Positions 16,927 through 27,029 of a stretch of 32,471 nt of DNA are shown in pieces (position 1 is the first letter of the stretch; each line of letters begins with the position of its first letter). The stretch covers positions 1 through 32,471 of the forward strand of contig JBDLUB010000001.1 in the NCBI GenBank assembly GCA_039805525.1. Direction: 5' to 3'. Both the position numbers and the translations under genes were made by a program. This stretch comes from Pseudomonadota bacterium (GTDB lineage Bacteria > Pseudomonadota > Gammaproteobacteria > Burkholderiales > Burkholderiaceae). The notes beneath the pieces are model-generated. The model had not been told where the DNA came from and did no database searches. It saw only the letters and a list, made by a program, of their open reading frames with translations.

Positions 16927-17718
16927 TCACTTCCCTGATAGCATCAACGCCCACTGAATATAACGTTCCACTGAAATATCTTGGGCGCGTGCTTTTAGAT
17001 CCGTATCGGTCAGATTTAGTTGCTCAGCAATACTCTGTAAATTACTGCGTAACATTTTGCGACGCTGAGCAAAGGCCAAGGCCACAACCTGGCTGAGCGC
17101 ATCCCATTGTGCTGGTGTTAAAGCAAAATCAGCACGCGGAATCATCCGAATCACTGCAGAATCTACTTTGGGTTGGGGCTCGAACGCAGTCGGTGGCACA
17201 TCCAATAAGTAATCCACGTGGTACCTTGCTTGCAACATGACCGATAAGCGGCTGTACTCTGAATCGCCCGCTGATGCAGCAATACGTTCCACCACTTCAG
17301 CCTGCAACATAAAGATTTGTTCATCGACCCATGGAGCTGCTGCAATCAGATGGAATAGCAACGGCGATGAAATGTTATAAGGCAGGTTGCCAATCAAGGA
17401 GCAACGCTCTTTCGAAAGCTTGGCTTGCTTAGCCCAGCTAGCAAAGTCGAATTGAAGAGCATCTCCTTCGTGAATGATCAGGCCATCTAACCGCTCTCGC
17501 TGTTTTGCTTCTTGCCATGTCTGAACAATATCACGATCGATTTCAAGTACCTCAAGTTTTTCAAGTCGCTCGAGTAAAGGTCGGGTAAGCGCACCAAGCC
17601 CCGGGCCAATTTCAAGAACGTGCATGCCAGGTGTCGGATTTAAAGCATTCACAATCGCAGCAATTACTCCCTGATCGATCAGGAAGTTCTGTCCAAAGCG
17701 CTTACGTGCTCGATGCAT
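16927..17718 (-). CDS. rsmA: 16S rRNA adenine dimethyltransferase
   Basis: ARKRFGQNFL, LEIGPGLGALT, GNLPYNISSPLLF and QRRKMLR. Confidence 0.97.
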   Translation of the reverse strand: MHRARKRFGQNFLIDQGVIAAIVNALNPTPGMHVLEIGPGLGALTRPLLERLEKLEVLEIDRDIVQTWQEAKQRERLDGLIIHEGDALQFDFASWAKQAKLSKERCSLIGNLPYNISSPLLFHLIAAAPWVDEQIFMLQAEVVERIAASAGDSEYSRLSVMLQARYHVDYLLDVPPTAFEPQPKVDSAVIRMIPRADFALTPAQWDALSQVVALAFAQRRKMLRSNLQSIAEQLNLTDTDLKARAQDISVERYIQWALMLSGK

Positions 17719-18697
17719 CGTGATTCAATTTTGTAAGAGCCAACTCTCGTGCGAGTTGTAAAGCAGCAAACATACTCCGCCAATCCGCCCTACCATGTCC
17801 AGCAATATCGAGGGCTGTGCCATGATCAACCGAAGTCCTGATGTATGAGAGACCCAAGGTCACATTCACTCCCTTAGCAAAACTTGCAAACTTAAAGGGG
17901 GCTAAGCCTTGATCATGGTACATGGCCAAGACTGCATCAAATGAATGCAAGCGATCCGCATGAAATAAGGTATCGGCTGGATACGGTCCAGAAGCCAAAA
18001 TCCCCTCGTGTTTAGCAGTCTCAATCACAGGAATAATCACTTCAAGCTCCTCGCGACCAAGATGGCCGTCCTCTCCAGCATGGGGATTTAAGCCGGTCAC
18101 CGCAATGCGGGGCTTTGTAATCCCAAAGCGTGCCTGCAAATCTTTTTGCATGATTCTCAAGGTACTTAATAAAGTCTCAAACTGAATTGCACCGGCAACC
18201 TCACCAATAGGCAAATGGGTGGTGGCAAGAGCAACTCGTAAGGGGATTGCTTGCCCTTTGCCACTGAGTGCCTGGGGGATTTCACCGCACAACATCATGA
18301 CGACCTGGCGCTGCTGATCAAGATCAGCCAAAAACTCAGTGTGTCCTGTGAATGGATGCTGCGGTGTATCCAAAATACTTTTTTGAACGGGTGCAGTGAT
18401 GAGTGCGTGATGTTGACCAACTCGACATGAATCACTAGCCGCTTTTATCAAGGAAAGCACGTACTGCGCATTGGCTAAATTAAGAACACCAGATTGTGGT
18501 GGGTAATTTAGGGGGATATGTGCAACTTGGATTTGAGGCGGTAATATCTCATTTGCAAATAACTGCCGATCGCCAAATAAGCTGATCTCTACATCCGCAT
18601 GATCTGCTACGAAGGCTTTGGCAGCTGCTAATGAAACTTCAGGGCCAATGCCAGCAGGCTCCCCAGTACTCAGTGCGAGCTTAACGGACTTGCTCAT
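17702..18697 (-). CDS. pdxA: 4-hydroxythreonine-4-phosphate dehydrogenase
   Basis: GEPAGIGPE, FTGHTEFL, GLNPHAGE, AMYHDQGL and IRTSVDHGTA. Confidence 0.97.
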   Translation of the reverse strand: MSKSVKLALSTGEPAGIGPEVSLAAAKAFVADHADVEISLFGDRQLFANEILPPQIQVAHIPLNYPPQSGVLNLANAQYVLSLIKAASDSCRVGQHHALITAPVQKSILDTPQHPFTGHTEFLADLDQQRQVVMMLCGEIPQALSGKGQAIPLRVALATTHLPIGEVAGAIQFETLLSTLRIMQKDLQARFGITKPRIAVTGLNPHAGEDGHLGREELEVIIPVIETAKHEGILASGPYPADTLFHADRLHSFDAVLAMYHDQGLAPFKFASFAKGVNVTLGLSYIRTSVDHGTALDIAGHGRADWRSMFAALQLARELALTKLNHDASST

Positions 18698-20123
18698 CCA
18701 GATTCAAAATCTTGACAGTCGCCGTATCGCGCAATTGACGCAACCAGTCTTGGTAGGCTTGCTCGAACTTACGCTCTCGAATGGCAGCTCGAGCAAACTC
18801 ACGTTGCTTCTCAACCGTTAATTGTGCATCGCGCCGCTCGAGCACTTGAATTAAATGCCAACCAAATTCCGTCTTAACAGGATCGCTCACTTCGCCGATT
18901 TGTAAGCGGTTCATGGCAATCTCGAATGGGGGCACCAATTCGCCAGGACCCATCCAACCCAATATGCCGCCATTCTGGGCTGAGCCATCTTCCGAGAATT
19001 TCTTTGCCAAAGACTCAAAATCAGCGGTCTTAGCACGAATCTGATCACGATAACCTTGTAGGCGTCGCTCAACATCGGCGTCTTGCAATCCTTGACGATG
19101 ACGAATCAAGATATGTCGCGCTAGTGTTTGCGTAACAATCATATTTTGTGGGGTGAGATCCGCCGGATTAGCATTACTAGTCGCTGCGCGGGCCCCCGTA
19201 CCGCTGGAACGTCGATCCATGACTTTTAGTACATGAAAGCCGGCTGGGCTTCGTACTACTGATGGTGCCACTTGGCCAGGGCCAAGATTTCTTACAGCCT
19301 CAACAAAGATTTGAGGTAAACGATCTTGGGTCCGATAGCCAAGATCCTGAAACTTAATTCGAGAGTTCTCTTTATTGGCTTGAGCGGCCAGTTGCATAAA
19401 ATCAGCGTCCCCGCGTGCTTCTTTTAATAATGCTTCAGCACGCTTTCTGGCATCAGCTTGAGCGCTAGGGCCAGCTCCGTCTTCTACCGGAATAAAAATT
19501 TGAGCAACTGCAATCTCTTCGGGGCCTGAGCCTGCTGCAGCAGGCTCTGCTCCGCGACGCTGCATCTGCTCAACAATAAAGTTATCGATTTCAGCATCGG
19601 AGATCTTAATTTGTGAGTCAACCTCTCGTTCTCGTAAACGCGCTTTTAGAACATCTTCACGCAACAACTCCCGATAGCGCTGAAAACTCATGCCTGATTT
19701 GGTAACTGTCTCCCGAAATTCATTGAAGGTCAACTTATTCCGAGTTGCAATGTCTTCAATAATCTTATTGAGCTCTTTATCGTTAACGGCTAAACCAGTT
19801 TGCTCAGCTTCCTGAATTTGAATCTTCTCTAAGATCAAGTTTTCGAGCACTTGCTTACGCAGCTCGCTACCCTCTGGCAGTTTTTTTCCGCCAGCTGGTG
19901 CTTGCTTTTGGATCGAGGCAATCCGATCATCAATTTCCTTGCGCGTTACAACCCCAGTGTTAACAACCGCCACTACGCCATCAATGTTTACGATCTTAGG
20001 CTCATTAGGAGACGGATTATTTTGTGCACCTAATGGCTGACTAAACAACACGCCCAAGAATCCACATACCATCAAATAACGAAGCATGCTGAACTTTAGG
20101 AATGAATCACGACACAAAATCAT
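18681..20123 (-). CDS. surA: Periplasmic chaperone/PPIase SurA
   Basis: DGVVAVVN N-domain and two parvulin domains (GFHVLKV; ARHILI..GGILGW..FGWHLIQV); lies between lptD and pdxA with a TAATG overlap. Confidence 0.95.
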   Translation of the reverse strand: MILCRDSFLKFSMLRYLMVCGFLGVLFSQPLGAQNNPSPNEPKIVNIDGVVAVVNTGVVTRKEIDDRIASIQKQAPAGGKKLPEGSELRKQVLENLILEKIQIQEAEQTGLAVNDKELNKIIEDIATRNKLTFNEFRETVTKSGMSFQRYRELLREDVLKARLREREVDSQIKISDAEIDNFIVEQMQRRGAEPAAAGSGPEEIAVAQIFIPVEDGAGPSAQADARKRAEALLKEARGDADFMQLAAQANKENSRIKFQDLGYRTQDRLPQIFVEAVRNLGPGQVAPSVVRSPAGFHVLKVMDRRSSGTGARAATSNANPADLTPQNMIVTQTLARHILIRHRQGLQDADVERRLQGYRDQIRAKTADFESLAKKFSEDGSAQNGGILGWMGPGELVPPFEIAMNRLQIGEVSDPVKTEFGWHLIQVLERRDAQLTVEKQREFARAAIRERKFEQAYQDWLRQLRDTATVKILNLDEQVR

Positions 20124-22720
20124 TATTGATAATTTTCGTAGGGTGAAGGTGGCAAAGGCTTGGCTACTGGTTGGTACCCAGGAACGTTCAGACGCATCAC
20201 ATCGACTGGATTATTTCCAACACTAGCAAAACCTCTAAATTCTAATTGAAAAAGGACTTGGGTAGTGGTGATCTGGGAGGTATTACGGGCTTGCGAGTAT
20301 GCAAACCGAGCGGTCCAACAATCTGCGTCATACTGCAATCCCACTAAGGTATTTAAGGTCTTCGCTGTTAAGGCATCGTATCCCCAACGGCCTAATACGC
20401 GATATTTTTTAAATATTGGCCACTCGCCAAACGCATTGTATTGATCGGTCTGAGTCACACCAGAGTTCGTGCCATCGGTTGGTGGATTCCAAACATTACG
20501 GTAGGCAAAATTAAGACTACGGCCTGGAGTCGGTCGCCACCCAGCACCCACGCTACTTTGTACAAAGCGGTTAAGTTGCGTGTTGTACTGTCCAAACAAA
20601 TCAACGTTAAAGTTTCCCAGCAAACGAATCGTACTAGCGCCCAAGGTATCGGAATAACGTGTTGGGTTTTGGATCGTACCGTTCAAACCCACCCGTTGAC
20701 CTGTGAAGTCTTGGCGTTGGGCCAACGTTACCGTAGCTCGCTCGGCACCGGTATTTGTTTCTAAAACACGACTAGTCAAGCCCATCGTTAATTTATTGTT
20801 ATCAGCCACGCGATCATTACCCACGAAGGTGTTCTCACTAAATATTTGAGTAATACCGAAGCCAGCATCAGCAGTATCAAAGAGCGGGGTCTGTGCCTGA
20901 CTTTGGAATGGTGTATATACATAAAATGCACGTGGCTCCATGGTCACAATCATGTCGCGCCCAAAGAAACCCTTCATCTCTCTTGCATCACGCTCAAACG
21001 CCAAACCAGAATCCAAACTAAAAGTTGGCAAGGCAAATCCTTGAATAGGTTGATTTAAGGATTGATTAATCGAAGTCGATGGACTATTAGTGAGCACCCC
21101 AGAATATTGATTGGCCTGAAAACTTAACTTGGGTCTCAAGAAATATCCTGGGGTAATTTGTGGCAAGGCGATACTACCCCGAATCACCGTTCGATCAGCC
21201 TGACTAAATGACCCCCCCTGTGGCATGCCAGAGGCTGGTGCATACAGATTATTGGTGTTATATGAAAAGCGCGTAAAGTCCGCATTGAATGTAATGTCAG
21301 GAGTTCGATTAAATCCACCTGAGAACGATCCCGGGGCGCCCAAGGCGCGCTGATTACGATAATTGGCGGTGACTTGGGGCAAGATGTTGTATGGAGAAGT
21401 AACAGGTGCTGTTGGGTCTGGCTGCAGGGTCTGAAAGGTCAGTGCCCGCGCTGTGAAATTCCAGTTTTTGATACCGCCATAATTGGTTCCCACTTCTTGC
21501 CGAAACTGATTCGTGACTGCGCCGCCAATGCCATATGAAAAATCGATCGGATATAAGTTATCCGACACCTTACTTACATTCGCGTAACCATTCCACGCTC
21601 GGCCCAACATTTGTCGCTGTTGCCAGTCGTACTTCCAGCGATCGCGCCCTAAAATTTTGTCGTAGTTCATGAACTGACCGCTAAGCGTTCCTGAATACTT
21701 GGGATCAATGTAACGAAGATCACCGCCTAGCAATGTGCCGCGGTGGTTCATGAACCGAGGTGTAACGGTGAGATCGCGATTCGGTGCAATATTGACATAG
21801 TACGGCTGTGCAATATCTAAACCATTATTCGAGTTATAACCAATCACGGGAGCCAATAATCCGGAGCGACGTTGATTGGACGTAGGCAAACTAAAGTAAG
21901 GTGCGTAGGCAATCGGCACATCAAAGAAACGCATCACACCATTGCGCCCAGTCATTTGTTTCTGTTCTTGATCAACCTCAATCTGACTAGCCGTGAAATA
22001 CCAATCTAAATTATCTGGACTGCAAGTGGTATAGGTGGCTTTATCAAAGATAAATACATCGGCTGACTCAATCGTTAGCCTATTCGCTTGACCACGCCCG
22101 CGCACATCCCGAAGCTCATAGTTCGGTTTATCCATCTCGCCTTCGCGTGCATCAACCTTAAAGCGTGCGCGGGGTCCTGAGAACTGAGTATTTCCTTTAA
22201 TAAGCTCAACATTGCCAATTAAATTTGCAATATCTGTATCGGGATCGTAATTAATTTCATCGGCCTTGATGATGGTGTTGTTCCGACGAATTTGAGCGCG
22301 CCCCTTCAAATTCATTTGACGATCAACCACCCCATCAATTTCATCGCTAAAGGTGAAGGTCAAGGCCTCACTATCTGGAATCGGTTTACCAACCCGTAAT
22401 TGATCATCTAACTTTAAGACCGTGACTTCGGCACGACTAGGAACTAAGGTGGTGGTCGGGAGCGATCCAACTGGTAATGGTCGAAGTGGCTCGCCAATCG
22501 GAACCGGCGCTTGCTTTTGTAACTCCTGCTGAGTCTGGTTTTGTTGTGACGATGGTAATAATGGTGAAATCGTATTAACAACTGAGCCTAAGTTTTGGGC
22601 CATCAGTGGCATGGCTAGCATTAGAGGGGTAAGCAATAACCCCCGGCCCAGGATCACGAGCGGGGTCTTTAAAGATGCAAGATAGGCGCTGATGCCGGCG
22701 CGAAGGCGATAATGACTCAT
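20123..22720 (-). CDS. lptD: LPS assembly outer-membrane protein LptD
   Basis: OstA-like N-domain, YTTC, RRSGLLAP, PYYVNIAPNRDLT, EPRAFYVYTP, DRVADNNKLT and CWT..FQLEFRG. Confidence 0.95.
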   Translation of the reverse strand: MSHYRLRAGISAYLASLKTPLVILGRGLLLTPLMLAMPLMAQNLGSVVNTISPLLPSSQQNQTQQELQKQAPVPIGEPLRPLPVGSLPTTTLVPSRAEVTVLKLDDQLRVGKPIPDSEALTFTFSDEIDGVVDRQMNLKGRAQIRRNNTIIKADEINYDPDTDIANLIGNVELIKGNTQFSGPRARFKVDAREGEMDKPNYELRDVRGRGQANRLTIESADVFIFDKATYTTCSPDNLDWYFTASQIEVDQEQKQMTGRNGVMRFFDVPIAYAPYFSLPTSNQRRSGLLAPVIGYNSNNGLDIAQPYYVNIAPNRDLTVTPRFMNHRGTLLGGDLRYIDPKYSGTLSGQFMNYDKILGRDRWKYDWQQRQMLGRAWNGYANVSKVSDNLYPIDFSYGIGGAVTNQFRQEVGTNYGGIKNWNFTARALTFQTLQPDPTAPVTSPYNILPQVTANYRNQRALGAPGSFSGGFNRTPDITFNADFTRFSYNTNNLYAPASGMPQGGSFSQADRTVIRGSIALPQITPGYFLRPKLSFQANQYSGVLTNSPSTSINQSLNQPIQGFALPTFSLDSGLAFERDAREMKGFFGRDMIVTMEPRAFYVYTPFQSQAQTPLFDTADAGFGITQIFSENTFVGNDRVADNNKLTMGLTSRVLETNTGAERATVTLAQRQDFTGQRVGLNGTIQNPTRYSDTLGASTIRLLGNFNVDLFGQYNTQLNRFVQSSVGAGWRPTPGRSLNFAYRNVWNPPTDGTNSGVTQTDQYNAFGEWPIFKKYRVLGRWGYDALTAKTLNTLVGLQYDADCWTARFAYSQARNTSQITTTQVLFQLEFRGFASVGNNPVDVMRLNVPGYQPVAKPLPPSPYENYQ

Positions 22721-22737
22721 GGATCCAGACAGCCCTT

Positions 22738-22743
22738 ATTATA
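22738..22743 (-). promoter_or_regulatory. -10 box for the lptD operon
   Basis: Perfect TATAAT on the minus strand 17 nt upstream of the lptD ATG, inside the 33-bp divergent gap. Confidence 0.5.
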
Positions 22744-22753
22744 CGAATCGATC

Positions 22754-23755
22754 ATGCCTGACAATCGCTTAATTCAACTGAATCAATGGCTTGATGGCCT
22801 AGTGGGCCGTTGGGGGCTAGAGCCCACCAGCTTGGCCCCGGCTTCCGCAGATGCCAGCTTTCGGCGCTACTTCCGAATAAATAGCTCTCACCCACAATAT
22901 CCTAGTCTGATTGTGATGGATGCTCCGCCCGATAAAGAGGCCGTTTTGCCCTTTATTCAGGTTGCCAATCTTTTAAAGGATGCGGGGCTTCATGTGCCCC
23001 TGATCCTCGAAGAAAACCAGGAAAAGGGATTTCTACTGCTCAGTGATCTGGGAAGTAAAACCTATCTGAGCGTCTTATCTCCCAATAATGCAAAAGCGCT
23101 TTACCGAGATGCCAGCCAAGCCTTAGTTCAAATGCAGCATGCTAGTCGTGAGGGCGTATTACCCCCCTACGATGATGCAACCCTGCAGCGCGAACTCGAT
23201 CTATTTGATGAGTGGTATTTAAAACGCCATCATCAATACACCCCAAGTGATGGTGAGAGAAATGAACTTCATACCATTTTTCGGTTGATCAAAGAAAATA
23301 ATCTCGCCCAATCGCAGGTATTTGTCCACCGAGATTTTCATTCTCGCAATTTAATGAATTGTTCTTCTAATAATCCTGGGATTTTGGATTTTCAGGATGC
23401 TTTATACGGACCGATTACATATGACATTGTCTCTTTATTGCGCGATGCTTACATTGAGTGGACCGAGGAAGAGGTGCTTGATTTCTTAATCGAGTATTGG
23501 GATATGGCCCGCGCAGCCGGCTTGAAAGTTCCGCCTGATTTTGCTGATTTCTATCAGGATTTTGAATGGATGGGGCTGCAACGTCATCTGAAAGTCCTAG
23601 GCATCTTTGCGCGCTTGTATCACCGTGATGGCAAAGCCAATTACTTAAACGACATTCCCTTAGTTCTCAAATACACGCGTGCAGTTGCGAGTCGTTACAG
23701 CTGCTTTAAGCCTCTTTTGCGGATTTTGGATCAGGTTGCAAAGCAGTCGTCTTAA
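22754..23755 (+). CDS. amgK: Anomeric MurNAc/GlcNAc kinase AmgK (APH family)
   Basis: ASADASFRRYFR, VMDAPP, VHRDFHSRNLM, LDFQDA and QRHLKVLGIFARL; adjacent to murU. Start likely ATG 22754. Confidence 0.88.
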   Translation: MPDNRLIQLNQWLDGLVGRWGLEPTSLAPASADASFRRYFRINSSHPQYPSLIVMDAPPDKEAVLPFIQVANLLKDAGLHVPLILEENQEKGFLLLSDLGSKTYLSVLSPNNAKALYRDASQALVQMQHASREGVLPPYDDATLQRELDLFDEWYLKRHHQYTPSDGERNELHTIFRLIKENNLAQSQVFVHRDFHSRNLMNCSSNNPGILDFQDALYGPITYDIVSLLRDAYIEWTEEEVLDFLIEYWDMARAAGLKVPPDFADFYQDFEWMGLQRHLKVLGIFARLYHRDGKANYLNDIPLVLKYTRAVASRYSCFKPLLRILDQVAKQSS

Positions 23756-23769
23756 ACTGTTCACTATCG

Positions 23770-24480
23770 ATGACTGTACAGAATCTACCTTGTCTTTTAT
23801 TGGCCGCTGGTCGTGGGGAACGTATGCGCCCATTAAGCGACCATACTCCGAAACCCTTATTAAAAGTTCGTGGCAAATCATTGCTCAGCTGGCATCTAGA
23901 ATCACTGCAGCGAGCTGGTATTCAACATGTGGTGATCAACCATGCCTGGCTTGGTAAACAGATCGAGGCGGCATTAGGTAATGGTCGTGAATATGGATTA
24001 TCCATTCAGTACTCTCCAGAGGTAACTGCCTTGGAGACAGCCGGGGGAATCTGCCAAGCATTACCTATTCTCAACCCGGCCGACTTCTTTCTAGTGATGA
24101 ATGGGGATGTTTTTAGCCCCAATTTTCCCATTCATGAATTGGTTCAACGTGTCAATCAACTCCGTAATCAAGATCAGTTATTGGCTCATCTTATTTTGGT
24201 TCCCAATCCACCCCATCATCCGACGGGCGACTTTTATCTTGACGGAACGATCGTACGCGGAGAGGAGCATTTGAATGCCAACTGTCCAAAACTGACTTTT
24301 TCAGGGATTGGCATCTACCACCGGAGCTTATTTGATGGCTTAAATCGGGGAGAAAGTGCTAAATTAGCCCCAATCTTACGCAGGGCAATGCTCAATCATC
24401 AAATCTCCGGTGAAAAATATTTAGGTTCGTGGCAGGATGTAGGTAGTCCTGAACGCTTAGCTGAACTAAATCGATCCTAA
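23770..24480 (+). CDS. murU: MurNAc alpha-1-phosphate uridylyltransferase
   Basis: LAAGRGERMRPL..PKPLL, NHAWLG, ALETAGGI, NGDV and WQDVGSPERL. Confidence 0.9.
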   Translation: MTVQNLPCLLLAAGRGERMRPLSDHTPKPLLKVRGKSLLSWHLESLQRAGIQHVVINHAWLGKQIEAALGNGREYGLSIQYSPEVTALETAGGICQALPILNPADFFLVMNGDVFSPNFPIHELVQRVNQLRNQDQLLAHLILVPNPPHHPTGDFYLDGTIVRGEEHLNANCPKLTFSGIGIYHRSLFDGLNRGESAKLAPILRRAMLNHQISGEKYLGSWQDVGSPERLAELNRS

Positions 24481-24490
24481 ATCCATCAAG

Positions 24491-25867
24491 ATGAATCGTC
24501 CCAACTCGCACAATCCGCTCATGCATGCCTGCCAACAGCGTCGTGATCGCTTGGCATCCATCATTCAAGCCAAAACAGGTGGTGGGGTAGTCATTCTAGG
24601 AACGTCCCCCGAAAAGGCACGCAATCGAGATAGCGACTTTCCTTATCGGCATGACAGCGACTTCTTTTATCTCACCGGTTTTGAAGAGCCTGCGGCTACT
24701 TTAGTGATGGTGGTTGCAAAATCCAGCTATGAGGCCCATCTCTTCTGTCGCCCCAAAGATCTCGAACGCGAGATTTGGGATGGATACCGCTTAGGCCCCC
24801 AAGAAGCGCCCTCCCATTTACTCATAGATGCTGCATACCCAAACTCTGAACTAGACCAAAAACTGCCGGATTTCTTAGCGGATCAAGATGCGGTATACAT
24901 CAAACTGGCCGCAGCCTCACAAGATGATGCATCGATGCGGCAATGGATGAATGCGGTACGTCAGCGCGCCCGCATGGGGATCAATGCACCGGAGGTATTT
25001 CATGACATTGAAACTATTTTGCATGAAATGCGTTTGTTTAAGGGGCCCGAGGAAATCGCCATCATGCGACAAGCCGCAGCGATTTCTGCGCAAGCTCACA
25101 TTCGCGCCATGCGCTCTTGTAAGCCCGGAAAACGTGAATATCAATTAGAAGCGGAGTTGCTCTATGAGTTTCGTTATCACGGGGCCGAGAGTGTTGCTTA
25201 TAACAGCATCGTAGCTGCTGGTGCGAATGCCTGTGTGTTGCATCACCGTGCAGGATCGGCTGAACTCATAGACGGTGATCTGTGTTTAATTGATGCTGGG
25301 TGCGAGCTTCATGGCTATGCCTCCGATATCACCCGAACCTTTCCAATTAATGGACGATTCAGCAGTGCCCAGCGCGCGCTCTATGACATTACACTCGCTG
25401 CCCAACAAGCAGCGGTTGATGCAACTCGTCCAGGCTATTCGTTTATCGATCCCCACCAAGCTGCGCTAAAAGTTCTGACTCAAGGCTTGATCGATGAAAA
25501 GTTGATTCGGATTAGCGAAGTAGGCTCTCTTGATAATGCCATTGAGACAGGAGCCTATAAGCGCTTTTATATGCACCGCACCAGCCATTGGTTGGGTATG
25601 GATGTCCATGACGTGGGATCCTATCGAGAACTTACTACTGTTACTCAACCTGATACTGAAAGACCTTGGCGCATTCTTCAAGAGAGTATGGTGCTTACCA
25701 TCGAACCCGGTCTTTATATACGTCCAGCTGAGGATATTCCGCAGGCCTATTGGAATATTGGAATTCGGATTGAAGATGATGCTCTAGTGACCGCCAATGG
25801 TTGCGAACTCATTTCCCGTGGGGTCCCAGTTGATCCAGTTGAAATTGAATCCATCATCCGCTCTTAA
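24491..25867 (+). CDS. pepP: Xaa-Pro aminopeptidase
   Basis: YRHDSDFFYLTGF, LIDAGCE..YASDITRTFP, HWLGMDVHDVG, TIEPGLY and GIRIEDD. Confidence 0.95.
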   Translation: MNRPNSHNPLMHACQQRRDRLASIIQAKTGGGVVILGTSPEKARNRDSDFPYRHDSDFFYLTGFEEPAATLVMVVAKSSYEAHLFCRPKDLEREIWDGYRLGPQEAPSHLLIDAAYPNSELDQKLPDFLADQDAVYIKLAAASQDDASMRQWMNAVRQRARMGINAPEVFHDIETILHEMRLFKGPEEIAIMRQAAAISAQAHIRAMRSCKPGKREYQLEAELLYEFRYHGAESVAYNSIVAAGANACVLHHRAGSAELIDGDLCLIDAGCELHGYASDITRTFPINGRFSSAQRALYDITLAAQQAAVDATRPGYSFIDPHQAALKVLTQGLIDEKLIRISEVGSLDNAIETGAYKRFYMHRTSHWLGMDVHDVGSYRELTTVTQPDTERPWRILQESMVLTIEPGLYIRPAEDIPQAYWNIGIRIEDDALVTANGCELISRGVPVDPVEIESIIRS

Positions 25868-27027
25868 TGGATGAGCGTATGAACCCATCTCATGCAGTTG
25901 TCATTCAAGGCGGGGGTCCTGTCGGTCTTGCCTGCGCAACTTGGCTTTTACAAAAAAATCCACGTATTAGTCTAACCTTGATTGATCGCAATCCAGAGGA
26001 TGATGAGCAAATTCAGTCAGGCGATCAACGTGGTATCGCGCTATCGCATGGCAGTAAATTATTACTGGATACGATCAACGCTTGGCCATCCAATTGCCCT
26101 GCGATTCACCGAATTCACGTCTCTCAGGTCGGTCGCTTTGGTCGAGCTCTAATGACGCGCGAAGAACTGGGGCAGGATGCCTTGGGTCATATTAGTCGCT
26201 ATCGTGATATTCACCTGACCCTTAGAAAGTCACTGCGAGCTCTGGGGGAGCATTCACCTAATTTTGTATGGCATCACAACGCGGATGAAAGCTTCAATAC
26301 ACCACCAGCTGCATGCATCGTACATGCCGAGGGCGGGCTGTTTAAGCAGCAAGATTGGGTCGAGTCAGGCCGCGATTACCGTCAAGCTGCCCTCGTGGGC
26401 ACTGTGGATGTTGAGCATCCAATTGCCCATCAAGCGTGGGAGCGTTTTACCGACGAGGGTCCGCTTGCGCTTCTACCCTCGCATCTTGGACCTAATACGC
26501 ATAATCTGGTCTGGTGCGCCTCCCCAGAATCGAGTCAACGCCGACTAGCTCTCAGTGATGATGAGTTTCTCAATGAACTGGAGCATAGTTTTGGTCGGCG
26601 CCTGGGTCGATTTACTAAGATCGCTAATCGCCGTTTGTATGACCTTGGCTTGAACTACCGCAAAGAAATTTGCATTGATCATGAGGTATGGATTGGTAAT
26701 GCCGCACAGACCTTGCATCCCGTGGCTGGCCAAGGCCTTAATCTTGGCCTACGCGATGCTTACCTAGTCGCTGAGAAACTCGCCGACCTCTTTAAGCAAA
26801 CACAGGCAGTAACGCCTAATGCTGTGAAAACCCAACTGCTTGAGTATGCAAAAAGCCGCCAAATTGATCGGCGCGTAACGATTGGTATTATCGACTTCTT
26901 AGCACGCGTGTTCACGTCACCCTTACTCCCCATTCGGGTCTCGCGTGGCCTAGCACTAAGCGCTCTCGCCTGGCTACCTCCTGTAAAAGTTACTCTCGCC
27001 AAGCAAATGATGTTTGGGCGGCGCTAG
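25867..27027 (+). CDS. ubiH: UbiH/UbiF/COQ6-family FAD-dependent hydroxylase
   Basis: GGGPVG, AWERFTDEGPLALLP and IGNAAQTLHPVAGQGLNLGLRD; pepP-ubiH synteny. Confidence 0.8.
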   Translation: MDERMNPSHAVVIQGGGPVGLACATWLLQKNPRISLTLIDRNPEDDEQIQSGDQRGIALSHGSKLLLDTINAWPSNCPAIHRIHVSQVGRFGRALMTREELGQDALGHISRYRDIHLTLRKSLRALGEHSPNFVWHHNADESFNTPPAACIVHAEGGLFKQQDWVESGRDYRQAALVGTVDVEHPIAHQAWERFTDEGPLALLPSHLGPNTHNLVWCASPESSQRRLALSDDEFLNELEHSFGRRLGRFTKIANRRLYDLGLNYRKEICIDHEVWIGNAAQTLHPVAGQGLNLGLRDAYLVAEKLADLFKQTQAVTPNAVKTQLLEYAKSRQIDRRVTIGIIDFLARVFTSPLLPIRVSRGLALSALAWLPPVKVTLAKQMMFGRR

Positions 27028-27029
27028 AT

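Noticed and set aside
22754-23755. Aminoglycoside resistance phosphotransferase
   Set aside because: The DASFRRYFR motif and lptD/murU context identify the housekeeping AmgK kinase.
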